DNA from: Rebecca billardiae RCC1528
Taxonomy: Eukaryota > Protista > Haptophyta
DNA: 64,000 bases
NCBI GenBank assembly: GCA_965240325.2
Contig: OZ251223.1
Location: forward strand, 2,604,001 to 2,668,000
Reading direction: 5' to 3'
Shown: in pieces, positions 8,501 to 17,268 of the stretch
Numbering within the stretch: the stretch's first letter is position 1
Layout: every line of letters starts with the position of its first letter
Translations under genes and position numbers: made by a program
The notes under the pieces: generated by a model
Databases searched by the model: none
Seen by the model: only the letters and a program-made list of their open reading frames with translations
Told to the model about the DNA's origin: nothing

Positions 8501-11486
8501 CGGCGGCGGAGCTGCCACCGCCGCCGCCGACAGCGGCCGCGACTGCGACCGCCGCCTCGCCGCGCAGCTCAGCGCGACACAGCGCGTGAACGTGCCCCCG
8601 CTCACGCTGCGCGGCGAGCCGAGCGCGCCCGCGCCCTCGCAGAGAGCCCTGCGGACGCCTACCGACGGTGCGGGCAGCGCCGACCGCGTCACACCGGTGC
8701 GCGCGGCGCCCGGGCGCCACGCGCCGGCGGCCTCGGCGCAGCAGCCGCAGCCGCAGCAGCCGCAGCAGCCGCAGCAGCCGCAGCAGCGCCGGCCCGCGTC
8801 GGCGCACACGCGGCCGGCGCCACCGACGGCCGACGGCGCGCGCGCCGCGGACCGAGTGGCGCCGACACGCGCGATGGCCACGGACGCGCGGCCCTCCTCT
8901 GCGCTCGGCAGCGCGCGCGGCGGTGGCACGCGCCGCCCGGGCTCGGCTGGCGTGACACTCAGCGGCGGCGGCATCGTCGCGCCCCTGCAGCCGGGGGCCG
9001 GCGGCGGCGGCGGCGCGCTGTCGGAGCGGATTGCTGCGGCGGCGGCCGAGCGCGCGCGCTCCGACGCCGAGGAGGAGGAGGCCGACGGTGCTGCCGCTGC
9101 GTGCGCAGGCGCGGGCGCGCGACCGTTCCTCTCTGGGCGCGGCGGCGCGCGCCCGCGCAGCGCGACCGCGCTGCCGCCCTCGGCGCGCGCCAAGTTTGCC
9201 CCGCGCGCCGCTGCGCAGCTGCACTCGAGTGACAACAGCGCACCGAGTACGCCGACGGCCTCGCCGCCGGCGTGCGCGCGCCGCGGGTACAGGCTGAGTG
9301 AGGACAGCAGCACGCCGACGCCCGCATCGCTCTGCGCGGTGCCGCCGCTGTCAACTCAGCCGCCCGCGAGCCCGCCGCCCTCGCCGCCGCCGCCGCCGCG
9401 CCGCTCCGCGAGGCTCCCGCCGCCGCCGCCGCGCGCGCCGGCCGGCGGCGCGGGGGTACCAGCGTCAGGGTCGGCGCCCGCGCCCGCGCCCGCGCCGCGC
9501 TCGAGCCGCATGTGCCCGCCGCCGCCAGCGGCGGGCGTGGCGGCGTCGGCGGTGGTGCCGCCGCCGGGCGCGGCCGCGCCGCCGCCAGCCGCTCGGCCGG
9601 GCCTCGAGCGCGCGGGCTCGACGAGACGCCCGCTGCCGCCGTCAAGCGGCATCGCGCTCAACAGCGTCAGCTGCTGCGCACCGGCTGCAGGCACAGGCGC
9701 CAGCGCGGCGCGCACCGCGTGGTCAGGCGCGGGCGGTGCGGTCGGCAGCCCGGCTGCCGCCCCGCCGCAGCGGCCCGACCCGGCCGCGGCGGACGCGGAG
9801 GACATCGCAGCGGCCGAGGCGGAGCGACTGGCGGAGGCGGCGGCGAGGCAGCAAAGGCGGCCCTCGACTGCGCCGCGGCTCAGCTGCGGCGGCGCGGCGG
9901 AGGCCACCGGGACGGAGGCGGCGCCGAGCGCGCAGCCGGCGGCGCCCGCGCCCGCGGCCGCCACGGCTGAGGCCGAGGCCGAGGCCGCCGCGGCGCACGC
10001 CACGGCAGCTTTGACCGCGCCCGCTGCGGCCGCGAGCGCAGCGGCCGCGGCGGCCGCTGACGCGCCGGCGGCCGCCGCGCAGGGCATGGCGCGCGCCATC
10101 CCGACGCTTCGCGCCGCGCCCGCCGCCGCGCCCGCCGCCGCGCCGACGGCGCAGCCGGTGCTCCTGCCGTGGGCTGGCGGCGTCGCCTCCGCCTCCGTCG
10201 CCCTGCCCCCAGAGCCTCGGACGCCGCCGAGCGCGCGCGCCATCGCTGAGCTTGCGGCATTCACGCAGCGGCGCGCCGAGGCGCTGGCGGTGCGCGCCGC
10301 GCCGCCGGCCGTGGCGGACTCGCCGCCGAAGCGCACGCCGCGCGCCATCGCCGCGCCCATCCTGCTCGGCAGCCGCATGACGGCGGACGAGTGGCGGCTC
10401 GACACGGCCGGCGCGTGCAGCGCGAGATCGGAGCCCAGATCGAGATCGGGCGCGAGATCGGGCGCGGCGTCGGCGAGGTCGGCGCCATCCGCCGACGCCT
10501 CGCCCGCGGCCGAGTCGCCGCCGGCCGCAGCCGACGTCGGCGCGCGCGAAGGCTCCCCGGTGGCGCCCGCTGCGGCGGCCGTGCCGGCAGAGGCGGCACC
10601 GCCCGCAGCTGACGCCTCGGTGCCGCCGTCCGCGCGCGAGCAGCGGCCCGGTGCGGCCGAGCCGCCGGCCGGCTGGGCCGCGCAAGCCGTGCTGCGCGCC
10701 GTGGCGGCTTGCTCGGCCGCCTCGCCAGCCGCCGCGCCCCGCGCCGACGGCGAGTCCGGGCCGATTGCGCTGCCCAGCGCGCAGGGCGAGGCGCGCCGGG
10801 CGCCGCTGCCCCTGCCCTCTCGCTCCGTCGCCTCCGCCATCGCCAACCGGCGGCGCAGCTCGGTCGAGATGACGACTGCCGAGACGCAGGCGCTGCACAC
10901 GCTCGTCCGCCTCTTCGACTCGACCGAGCGGCGCCGCCTCGGCCTCGGCGCGCTGCGCATGCTCGTCGCCGAGCTGGGCGACCCGATGACCGCGCCCGAG
11001 CTGCGCCGGCTGCTGCGCGCGATCGCCGGGCGGAGCGCGCGCGCCGCCGACGAGATGGAGGTGGGCGCGTTCGAGCTGTGCGCGTGGTACGCGCGCGCCA
11101 AGGCCGCGCACGCGCGCGGAGCGCGGCAGCCGCCGCGCGCGCGGCGCCTCCGCCCGATCCTCGCGTGGGCGGCCATGCTGAGCATCTTCGCCGGGCTGTG
11201 CGCGCTGAGCATCGTGTACGGCCGCGTGCTGGGTGAGGCTGCGACGCGCGACATGGTCTCCTCGTGGGGCCTCTCGCTGCTCAGCTCGCTGCTGCTGCAG
11301 GAGGGGCTGCTCGCCGCGTTCGCGCAGCTCATGCCCGAGCTCAGCCGGCGCGGCGTGAGCGGCAGCCACGCGCTCGCCACGACGATGAGCCAGCAGCTCG
11401 CCGTGGCGCCGCGCGTGCTCATGCCCGCGCTCAGGGCGACCACGGCGCGCGCACTCAAGGCGGTGCGCTTCCTCTTCCGCGGCTAA
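1..11486 (+). CDS. Polycystin-1/REJ-like adhesion protein, 5'-partial: SPPP extensin rod, IPT/TIG domains, REJ module, GPS (GAIN) site, multiple TM helices, EF-hand-like pair
   Basis: Frame is open from position 3 (PPSPP...) to TAA at 11486; the 957 start in the track is just a TTG. IPT motif EPDAGPTRGGTVVTLSGRGF. REJ-like VDASASTDP and VNRPPFGGSL. GPS motif CRFWDEGAAEWSSQGC...CACDHLTTFA (HL|T at ~7041-7049) followed by a hydrophobic helix. PKD1-like C-terminal TM pair AWAAMLSIFAGLCALSIVYG...SWGLSLLSSLLLQE. Confidence 0.85.
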   Translation, partial: PPSPPPSPPPSPPPSPPPSPPPSPPPSPPPSPPPSPPPSPPPSPPPSPPPSPPPSPPPSPPPSPPPSPPPSPPPSPPPSPPPSPPPSPPPSPPPSPPPSPPPSPPPSPPPSPPPIPPPSPPPSPPPSPPPSPPPSPPPSPPPSPPPSPPPSPPPSPPPSPPPSPPPSPPPSPPPSPPPSPPPSPPPSPPPSPPPSPPPSPPPSPPPSPPPSPPPSPPPSPPPSPPPSPPPSPPPSPPPSPPPSPPPSPPPSPPPSPPPSPPPSPPPSPPPSPPPSPPPSPPPSPPPSPPPSPPPSPPPSPPPSPPPSPPPSPPPSPPPLPPPSPPPSPPPSPPPSPPPSPPPSPPPSAPPSPPPSPPPSPPPSPPPSPPPSPPPSPPPSPPPSPPPSPPPSPPPSLPPSPPPSPPPSPPPTPPPSPPPLPPPSSPPSPPPSPPPSLPPSPPPSPPPSPPPSPPPSPPPSPPPSPPPSAPPSPPPSPPPVPPPLPPPSPPPSRAPSPPPSPPPSPPPMAPPSPPPSPPPSPPPSPPPPPLPSPPPSQPPSPPPSAPPPPPPSPPSVPQPPPPPPPSPPREPPPSPPPSPPPLLPPPPRTEPFPPPAPPSPPPALPPAPPPSPPPSLPPSPPPGPPPSPPPSLPPAPPPSPPPSLPPLLPPPPRTEPFPPPAPPSSPPAPPPSPPPSPPPSPPPGPPPDAPPSPPPGPPPVPPPSPPPSPPPSPPPPPPPSPPPSLPPRPPPPPRTEPFPPPSPPLPPPLPPPSPPPTSPPAPPPGAPPLPPPSPPPSSPTPPPPSPPPSPPPQPPPSPPPRPPPSPPPLPPPPPRTAPFPPPSPPSAPPSEPPSAPPPPPPPLVRALVLAVSPSSVPLDDGSDNDSAAAGRRLAAGGAARRDAASSALTLSGRGFFASESGAEGGAFCTLHAGTPTDAQIASGTAPPLATLNATVQSDEAASCALPRALARAARAGGVGAGQFRLALWLDGGGRAVPSLFGPPALRLFDFAQDVAVSALEPDAGPTRGGTVVTLSGRGFELAAGGGGFGGGGAAAGGGGLCCVLPGSAHGDACVSNATLLRPLNGTSRARCVTPPTAGGAAAYALELGRWGDAISASGDAISARTDSAARFMYYDDSALRVRSVTPSSGAARVTTLVVVDGAGPLLGGARVRLAFGGARAEPPLAAAPGAGVVLQRAAHAVPSADGSGTARRAQLFVSLNGQQWSPPQPDGPGAVYFEFDEAAHAPDLESAHFDAASGAALLLRFDAQPTDRAGMGGALGPCAAVLDDETLEALTDAPTDADAGASATADSAAVGLQPQCHWRDDSTLVVRLSASTRAAPGMRVGVRAGALRPAACAASGGCPAELANEAAAVVVDADAPCGAAPCPTPVAVLRAPDTISACANESLALDGGASSTGGVGPATYAWGLDVTASGAGAAQLDASLRALPPTASAVRVDGLPAATSVRGFVVALRLTSFLGVQSELAWAEVRRARAPGPGLRLESVPTEPVRPDSALELGARVGALAPCWGADRGGRVSVRWRVLRATALDAAARAAPAAPLPELAPYASGAQLRLPAHALRAAHEYEIEVVASMAAEPAAATSARATVRVRRVPPRAVLGASARRFGAGEAVVVDASASTDPNEPAGAAPALDFGWSLALGADGGGGALPLPPSASASAAGVLTIPAGALGAGASYAVRVRVTPRGAAHPAPADEATMALEILPPPPAAAGGGGAPPSVELAPLPRGAAVNPTWRRPSERLALQARGADTRAYAYAWRASLVGARGALSPAPLNLSDTAATTTTGDAAPALAFRSGALAPGAEYVFELRVTDVGDAARGVGLASVRVRVNRPPFGGSLGVRTADGASAAGGRVPLGAPLTLSARGWAAEEAEALPLSYAFAHAAAGTEDAGGGEGTPLGAAAAGVPVLRDVVLPAGSLRLLVSVADARGAEARAAAAVEVVPPPREALDGVALGALLERARGAVERADASRALGLVAAVATLDAAATPPAASLLAIAAEAGALGGAGRAARAQHAAALEAVTGAAGGRLLDDDASAQASALAQAAELAGAALESGDGVDDATAAALIAIADRALLANATTAAAAVAAGGGDGDAARAEAAALGLSALRLASSLTRALLAGAVAGEPPIRLSGIAVGVAAARVAAGTLAPSAGAAAPGGAAASTAGWVELGTSGGVLVPASTLLAQQHAGALGSDGAVDVVLSAISVRTLEQAWALRGGANASGGGGGASAASAELGVGWAEGAGGAPFVTAIMSATLYAAGAPSALAVRALPEPVLLALPPLLAQTTTGAAATSAAAGGAGDGDGGGGALVRACRFWDEGAAEWSSQGCAAVGAPAGRDPSLLYCACDHLTTFAGLGLPMSAAQARADAEAVRINTFSGADAIQVLSEPAQGHRENPTIYRLVYLLAGANALVLGAALLADRRGASSYGRWHASELKTSGMASVAAGGGGASGGSGGAGCTEPAGGAAAAPPRARLGSCVAQACGCGPCGGCGRGSSSSFSQRLGLSARQPTSEDGSSASSSPPLVAAELRNAPSTVERVRTRRRERETAEAQQASCPPSRSSGDSGGAQPPTPLALPPAAAARTPPSLPSPPPRPAPAVPAAPAAAPRRRSALLPSMPKRATELVASAAAKRGGGGAAAAAAPRDSVWSAAAQKPRLPPAPGSARARALLLAYRLADEHSLLVLLFGPAARGVRKAELAQTLCNLAAVQLLLECMLYDEAGGSGGGGGGARVLTMALYACVAAAVALPALAACRALWAFGRAGGVDNSPAARLFRALSATLEGQRRAVAGSRTARLSAIVESSMHRPRTRAHAPAVRADAELAATDDDDDNERSGGGAATAAADSGRDCDRRLAAQLSATQRVNVPPLTLRGEPSAPAPSQRALRTPTDGAGSADRVTPVRAAPGRHAPAASAQQPQPQQPQQPQQPQQRRPASAHTRPAPPTADGARAADRVAPTRAMATDARPSSALGSARGGGTRRPGSAGVTLSGGGIVAPLQPGAGGGGGALSERIAAAAAERARSDAEEEEADGAAAACAGAGARPFLSGRGGARPRSATALPPSARAKFAPRAAAQLHSSDNSAPSTPTASPPACARRGYRLSEDSSTPTPASLCAVPPLSTQPPASPPPSPPPPPRRSARLPPPPPRAPAGGAGVPASGSAPAPAPAPRSSRMCPPPPAAGVAASAVVPPPGAAAPPPAARPGLERAGSTRRPLPPSSGIALNSVSCCAPAAGTGASAARTAWSGAGGAVGSPAAAPPQRPDPAAADAEDIAAAEAERLAEAAARQQRRPSTAPRLSCGGAAEATGTEAAPSAQPAAPAPAAATAEAEAEAAAAHATAALTAPAAAASAAAAAAADAPAAAAQGMARAIPTLRAAPAAAPAAAPTAQPVLLPWAGGVASASVALPPEPRTPPSARAIAELAAFTQRRAEALAVRAAPPAVADSPPKRTPRAIAAPILLGSRMTADEWRLDTAGACSARSEPRSRSGARSGAASARSAPSADASPAAESPPAAADVGAREGSPVAPAAAAVPAEAAPPAADASVPPSAREQRPGAAEPPAGWAAQAVLRAVAACSAASPAAAPRADGESGPIALPSAQGEARRAPLPLPSRSVASAIANRRRSSVEMTTAETQALHTLVRLFDSTERRRLGLGALRMLVAELGDPMTAPELRRLLRAIAGRSARAADEMEVGAFELCAWYARAKAAHARGARQPPRARRLRPILAWAAMLSIFAGLCALSIVYGRVLGEAATRDMVSSWGLSLLSSLLLQEGLLAAFAQLMPELSRRGVSGSHALATTMSQQLAVAPRVLMPALRATTARALKAVRFLFRG

Positions 11487-11860
11487 GCCACGTCCGAGGA
11501 CGACGGCCAAGGGCCGGCAAGGGGAAGGCGATGATCGATTGCTCATAGTCATACTCATAGTCACGTCGTAGCATGACGCCATGATGTCTGATGACGATGA
11601 TGCTGCTGCTGATATCGTCATCATCATCGTCAGCATCAGCAGTAGTCGTTATTATGATTCGTCAGCAGCAATCATCGTCAGCTGCGCTAGTCCGACACTG
11701 CGCGCGAGCAGTTATTCGACCGAGCAGTCGACATGCATGGCAACGCCAACGAGTGCGCACCGCCGCCGACGAATCAGGAGACCTGCGCCGTGCGCGCGTG
11801 ATGCACTCACAGCATTGACAGTCTCCAAGGGTGTCAAAGGGTAGCAGTGGTCACTGTCCC

Positions 11861-13861
11861 TCAGTCCAGATCCAGCCCAAACGCGCGACCGTACTCGCCC
11901 GTGCTGGCAAGCGTCCACTCCACCTTGATTGGCCCCACCAGGAAGACTGCGCCCACGGATGCCGCCGCCGCTGGCTTGGCCAGCTGCGGCCACTGCGCGT
12001 CTGCGCCCACCGTCTCGCCATCTTGAGCCTCGTCGGGCACCTCCACGGCGGCGGCACCCTCGGCCTCGTCGCGCTCCGTGGCGGGCGAGCGCGGCGGGCG
12101 CCAGTCCTCCGGCACCACCATGCCCACGGCGCCGTCGGCGAAGACGCCTGCGTTGATGATCGAGCGCCCGCCCTTGCCACCGACGGGCCAGCGCACCTCG
12201 GCGCTCGCGCCCGCCAGCGAGCGGCCCAGCCCGAGCGAGCCCGGCGCGACGCCGCGTACGGTTGTCGCGCCGCCAAACGCGCGCATCAGGTATTCAGGCT
12301 GGCCGCGGGAGGCGAGCGAGGCTTGGAGGTTGGTGCGGAGCACCGGGTTGCCTGAGCGGCGGAAGCGGCGCCGGTACTCGCGCGTCGCCTCGACCTGTGC
12401 GTAGCCGGGGCAGCGCTCGTGCAGCGGCAGCGCCGTGCGCACGACGAGCCGCTTGCGAGTCGGGCCGGGCTTCTGCGAGCTGAACGCCGCGCTCAGCGTG
12501 ACGGGCACGTCGAGATCCGAGCCTCGCAGCCGCGCGCCGTCGACGCGAAGGCCCGAGTTCGCGGCGGCGCTGCGCCAGCCGCCGGCCGACAGGTCGTACG
12601 GCGCGACCTTCTCCGCCGTGGCCGCCAGCTGCAGCGCCCACAGCCGCTCGCGCCGCAGGTTGCACCGCAGCGTGCCGCCCGCGCGCGAGAGCTCAGGCGG
12701 CGGCGGCGGCGGCGGCGGCGCGGGCATGGGCGGCGCAAAGGCTACGGCGTCGGCCGAGTCGTCTTGGCTCGGGGCGTGGCTGCTGGGCGCCGCGCTCTTC
12801 CCACCCTTCGGCGGCGCGTGCGGCTCGCCGCCGAGCAGCTGTCCCAGCGGCAGCTCGCCGCCGATCGAGCGGAGCAGAGGGATCCGCGCGAGCACGTTTG
12901 AACACGGCTGCACGTTGTCCACCCACGCGTCCGCGCCCCAGCCAAAGCGGCGGCCGAGGCGCGGGTCGTCGAAGCGCACGCTCGCGGAGGAGGAGTTGTA
13001 CTTGGAGAACTGCACGCCCAGCCGCTGGTTCCGCCCGAACAGGTTCGAGTCCGCCACGGAGACGGACGCGTACCACTGCGAGCCGCGCACGCCGACCGTG
13101 GGCGCGATCTCCGTGGAGTTGCGCTCAAAGACGGGAATCACAACCTGCGCGCTGTCAGAGGCAGGGTCCGGCGCGCCAGGCGGCGGGGGCGGCTGCTCGG
13201 CGCGAGCGTCGTCGTCGCCGAGCACCATCGCCACTTGCGGCGCGCCGATCCCGATGAACGGCCCCGAGGGCCCCACCAGCCGCTCGAACGCGCGCCGGCT
13301 GACGCGCAGCGGCGCGCCCGCGCGCAGGCCGAGCGCGTCGCGCACGACGCCCGCGCGCGTGCGCCCACGGGCGGCGAGCTGCTGCCCGTGGCGGTCGACG
13401 AAGACGAGGGCCACGGGCGGCTCGGCCGACGGCGCCGCACGCACGTCGATGAGGATCACCCCGTCCGCCGTGCGCGAGGCCTTGGTGTTGATCGCGGGGT
13501 AGCCGCGCGCGGAGTACCACGATTGCAGCGAGGAGGCCAGCGAGTTCAGCTGGGTGTTGGTCGGCATGCGCTTGCCCAGCACGCCGGCCGAGGTGGCCAT
13601 GTCGTGCACCTGCACCTCTGTCGGCAGCGCCTTGCATCCGCTCGCGGTCACGAGCACCTCGTGCACCTTTGGCAGCTTGCGATTGCGCATCCACGCGATC
13701 GGGCTCGAGATCGCCGCTGCCGGGCCGCTCGGGCCGGGGGTGGCGCCGGCGCCGTCGCGGAGCGGAGGGTGCGAGTGATGCACGCCGTGGTGCTCGCGCC
13801 GCACGGCGCGCGCGCGCGCCGGCGTCACGAGCGCGAGTGCGACGAGCACGCCTGCACGCAT
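11861..13861 (-). CDS. Omp85/BamA-family beta-barrel protein (OEP80/Toc75-like) with N-terminal signal peptide
   Basis: POTRA-like LQSWYSARGY. Barrel motifs DSNLFGRNQRL, FGGATTVRG, GASAEVRWP, GVFADG and VGPIKVEW. ATG at 13861 gives MRAGVLVALALVTPARA (signal-like). An upstream ATG near 13900 is an alternative start. Confidence 0.8.
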   Translation of the reverse strand: MRAGVLVALALVTPARARAVRREHHGVHHSHPPLRDGAGATPGPSGPAAAISSPIAWMRNRKLPKVHEVLVTASGCKALPTEVQVHDMATSAGVLGKRMPTNTQLNSLASSLQSWYSARGYPAINTKASRTADGVILIDVRAAPSAEPPVALVFVDRHGQQLAARGRTRAGVVRDALGLRAGAPLRVSRRAFERLVGPSGPFIGIGAPQVAMVLGDDDARAEQPPPPPGAPDPASDSAQVVIPVFERNSTEIAPTVGVRGSQWYASVSVADSNLFGRNQRLGVQFSKYNSSSASVRFDDPRLGRRFGWGADAWVDNVQPCSNVLARIPLLRSIGGELPLGQLLGGEPHAPPKGGKSAAPSSHAPSQDDSADAVAFAPPMPAPPPPPPPPELSRAGGTLRCNLRRERLWALQLAATAEKVAPYDLSAGGWRSAAANSGLRVDGARLRGSDLDVPVTLSAAFSSQKPGPTRKRLVVRTALPLHERCPGYAQVEATREYRRRFRRSGNPVLRTNLQASLASRGQPEYLMRAFGGATTVRGVAPGSLGLGRSLAGASAEVRWPVGGKGGRSIINAGVFADGAVGMVVPEDWRPPRSPATERDEAEGAAAVEVPDEAQDGETVGADAQWPQLAKPAAAASVGAVFLVGPIKVEWTLASTGEYGRAFGLDLD

Positions 13862-14135
13862 TAATTGGTTGGCGAGGAGCTGCTGCCGCGCCATCGGCAT
13901 GCGATCGTCTTCGCGGTGGACGGCGAACTCTCGTCGGGCACTCCGCACCCAAACTGGCCGCCTGCCGGTGGAACGGAAAAACACCGGACAGCAGGGCCCG
14001 GAAGGCCGGATCCATAATCTCGCGCATCACCGCCGCCTGCCGGGGCCGCCGGGCGCGGCAAAAGGGTCGCCGTCAGGTCGATCGTCTCCGCGGTGTCGCG
14101 CCAGGTTCGCCCGGGGCCAGGCGGACCGGAGAGGC

Positions 14136-15273
14136 ATGCTGGGCTTGCTCAGCCGCATCGTTGCGCCTGTCGGCGTGCGCGCGGGGGGGCTGTGCAGCGT
14201 CGGCGCCGCGCCGCCGCTCGGGCTCCTGCGGCTGCGCGCCTCGCTCGACGACCTCGTCTGCGGCCACGCTGAGCTCAAGGACGCGCTGCTGCTCGCGCTC
14301 GTCGCGCGCGAGCACGTGTACGTCGAGGGCACGCCCGGCACGGCCAAGACGCTGCTCGCGGAGGGCGTGGCGCGCGGCGCGGGGCTGCGCCAGTTCGTGT
14401 ACCAGATGCACCGAGACACTCGGCTGCACGAGCTGGTGGGCGACGCCGTCATCACGCGGCAGCGCGGCGAGGGCGGGGAGGAGACGATCCGGCAGTCGAC
14501 GCGGCCGGGCGGGATCCTGACGTGCGAGCTTGCCGTGCTCGACGACATCTCGCGCGCGCCGGGCGAGGCGCTCAACGTCCTCTTCCGCGTGCTGAACGAG
14601 AGGCGGTTTGCGAGCGCGCCGTCACACGACGCGCCTCTGCCGCTCGTCGCGGCCATCGCCACGGGCAACCCGCTGCGCGACGGCGAGGGCGACGGGTACT
14701 ACGCCGAGGCGCTCGACCCGGCCTCGCTCGACCGCTTCACGCTACACTGCAAGGCGTCGGGGCTGATCGAGGGGCGCGCGTGGGAAGACGTGCGCCGAGT
14801 GATTGCTCTGCACGACGGTGCGCCGCGCGGCGGCGCGCCCGGGCCCGCGGCCGGGGTCGAGGCCGAGGCGCAGGCGGCCGCCGCGCTGCGTGCGGCGCAC
14901 GCGGAGCTGCCGCGGGTGCGGCTGGGCCCCGAGCTGCCCGAGCTCCTCGTCGAGCTGCTGCAGGCGCTCGTCGCCGCGTGCGACGGCGGAGGCGCGTTCG
15001 CCGGCCCACCGCCGCTCCTGACTGACCGGACGTTTCTCGGAAAGGCGCCTCTGCTCTGCCGCGCCAACGCGCTGCTGCACGGCCGCGAGGCGTGCACGCC
15101 GGACGACCTGGCGGTCGTCCGGCACCTGACGGCGTTCCGCGTGCCCGAGCACGTGCACGAGCGCGTCGGCGAGATCGTGGACGACGTGCTCGCGCGCGCG
15201 GCGAGGCGGCGCGCCGAGGCCGCGGCCGCCGCGGTGCAGCGAGCCGAGGGCGGCGACTCGCACGGCAGGGGCA

Positions 15274-15310
<37 letters not shown>

Positions 15311-16841
15311 TGCAGCTGGCGCAGGCTCACGTGACGATGGCGTTGTCGAGCGCCCGCCGGGCGACGACGTGCACGCCGCGATGCGCCGCGCGCGCGTCGA
15401 GCCGCCCAGCGGGGCCGCCACGGCTGACGACACCTCTCCCGCCGTCGCTGCGCCGCCGCCGCCGGACACGAGAGGGGCCGGGGGCGACGAGGGCGCGTCC
15501 GCGCAGAGGCCCGGGGAAGGTGGCGCCGACCCGGCGTTCGCGCCGCAGCTCCCGCCGCCCTCGCGCGCGCAGCTGCTCGCGGACGCGCTCGCCGACGCCG
15601 TCGCGCGCCCGATCGTCGCGACGCACGCGGCGCTGGACCGCGCGCTGCGCTCGTGCGCCGCGGCGCTCGCGCACGCCGGCGCGGCGAGCGGGCGCGCGGG
15701 CAGCGCGCCCCCGGACACGCGCTCGCTGGAGGAGAGGCTCGCGAGCGCGCGGCACGTCGCCCCGCTCGTGCACGCGCTCTCTGGGCGGATCGCGCGCCGC
15801 GCCCGCCGCGCGAGCGGCGCGTCGCTGCAGCCGGCCGGCAGCGCCGCAGGGCTGCCGTGCGGATGGCGCGCGTCGGCCTCGCTCGCGTCCGTGTGCTCCG
15901 CCGACGCCGAGGCGGCGGCGAGCGCGCGCTGGGTCGCCGAGCCCACGCCCGCGCTGCCCCCGCGCGTGGCCCGGCGCTCCTCCGCGCGAGGCGGCCGCCT
16001 CGCGGTGGTGCGCGACGTGAGCGCGTCGATGCAGGGCGCGCGCGCGCTGTGGGCGTCCGCTGTGGTCACGCGGCTCGTGCGCATGTGCCGCGCGCGCGCC
16101 CTCGCCGTCGGCCTGTGCGACTTTGCGCACGCGCCGACGCTGATGCGCGCGCCGCCCGCGGCGCGGCGGGTGCGCGGTGGCTCCACCGCGCGCGACGCGG
16201 CGCAGGGCGGCCCGTTCTTCCACCGCGACTATGCCGCGCTGCTCGCGGCCGCGCAGACGCGCTGGTCGGACGGCGGCACCAACATCGAGCTGGCGCTGCG
16301 TGCCACGCTCGAAGAGCACCGCACCGGCAGGCGGCCGCGCGCGGCAGGCGGCAGGGCGGCGGGCGAGGCCGCGGGCGCGGGCGCGGGGGCGCTTGCTGCG
16401 GGCGTTGCGTCGGCGTGGACGGCGCTGGTGCAGCGGTGGCAGCCGCCGGCGCCACAGCCGAGCCGCTCGGATGCGGCGCGGCTGCGCGGCGCGCCGGTGA
16501 CGGGTGGCCAAGCGGCAGCCGGACCGGGAGGGCCCGACGCCTCCGAGGCGGACGAGTCCGCTTCGCGCCTTGCGCTCGCCGCGCACGGCGCGCGGAGGCC
16601 GAGCCCTGGTGGCGGGCACATCCTGCTCGTCACTGATGGCGAGCCGACCGCGGGGTCGACGACGCTGCACACCGAGCAAGCGCGCGCCCGGGCGCTCGGC
16701 GTGAGCGTGCACACCGTGTACATCGGGGACGAGGGCCGATACCCGCTGGCGCTGAGCCATCTCGCGCGCGCAACCGGCGGCGTGCGCTTCCAGGCGGTGA
16801 TCGACCGGTCCACGGGCGACGTGCGCCTGGTCGAGCGCTGA
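14136..16841 (+). CDS. MoxR/RavA-type AAA+ ATPase fused to a C-terminal vWA (MIDAS) domain
   Basis: EHVYVEGTPGTAKT (Walker A), LAVLDDI (Walker B), ATGN (sensor 1), SLDRF (Arg finger). vWA motifs DVSASM, GGTNI and LVTDG. First in-frame ATG at 14136. Intronless. Confidence 0.85.
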
Positions 16842-17268
16842 CGCAGGCACTCGACTACTTCTAGTACTACGCGCCTGCTGAGCCCCGGGCAGGAGGGCGG
16901 CCGCGATCAGTAGCAGGCGATGCCCGTCGTGCGGATCCGACTCGTCGAGCGTTACAGATATATAGATCGGTGGCCGGCCGCACCGTCGCGAGGTGCAGGT
17001 GGAGGACGGACGTCGTCGACAGTTGCAGGCGACAGGACCGGTGAGCGCATTTAATACGGCCCTGCTCACACACTACCTGCCCGACGGTCCACACGGCCTC
17101 CGTCGCAGCGACGGGCTGCGACCCGCGGCGCGGCCGCGGTGGCACCTCGGACTCACTCACCTCGACCGTCAGCCTGCTCATGCTGGCCCGCGGGTGTGCG
17201 CCCCTCCTGTTCACTCACTAGCTTGAGTCGCGTCGACGCCTGCCTGAGCTGTGTGCGTCTCTTATTCT

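Noticed and set aside
2172-11636. Many long overlapping or antisense Arg/Ala-rich ORFs here and across the window
   Set aside because: Expected from stop-codon scarcity at very high GC; no motifs.
16957-17040. ATATATA-GATCGGTG...CACCG as a third copy of the hairpin-ended element
   Set aside because: Hairpin is imperfect, spacer motif only faint, and no matching 5' inverted repeat was found.
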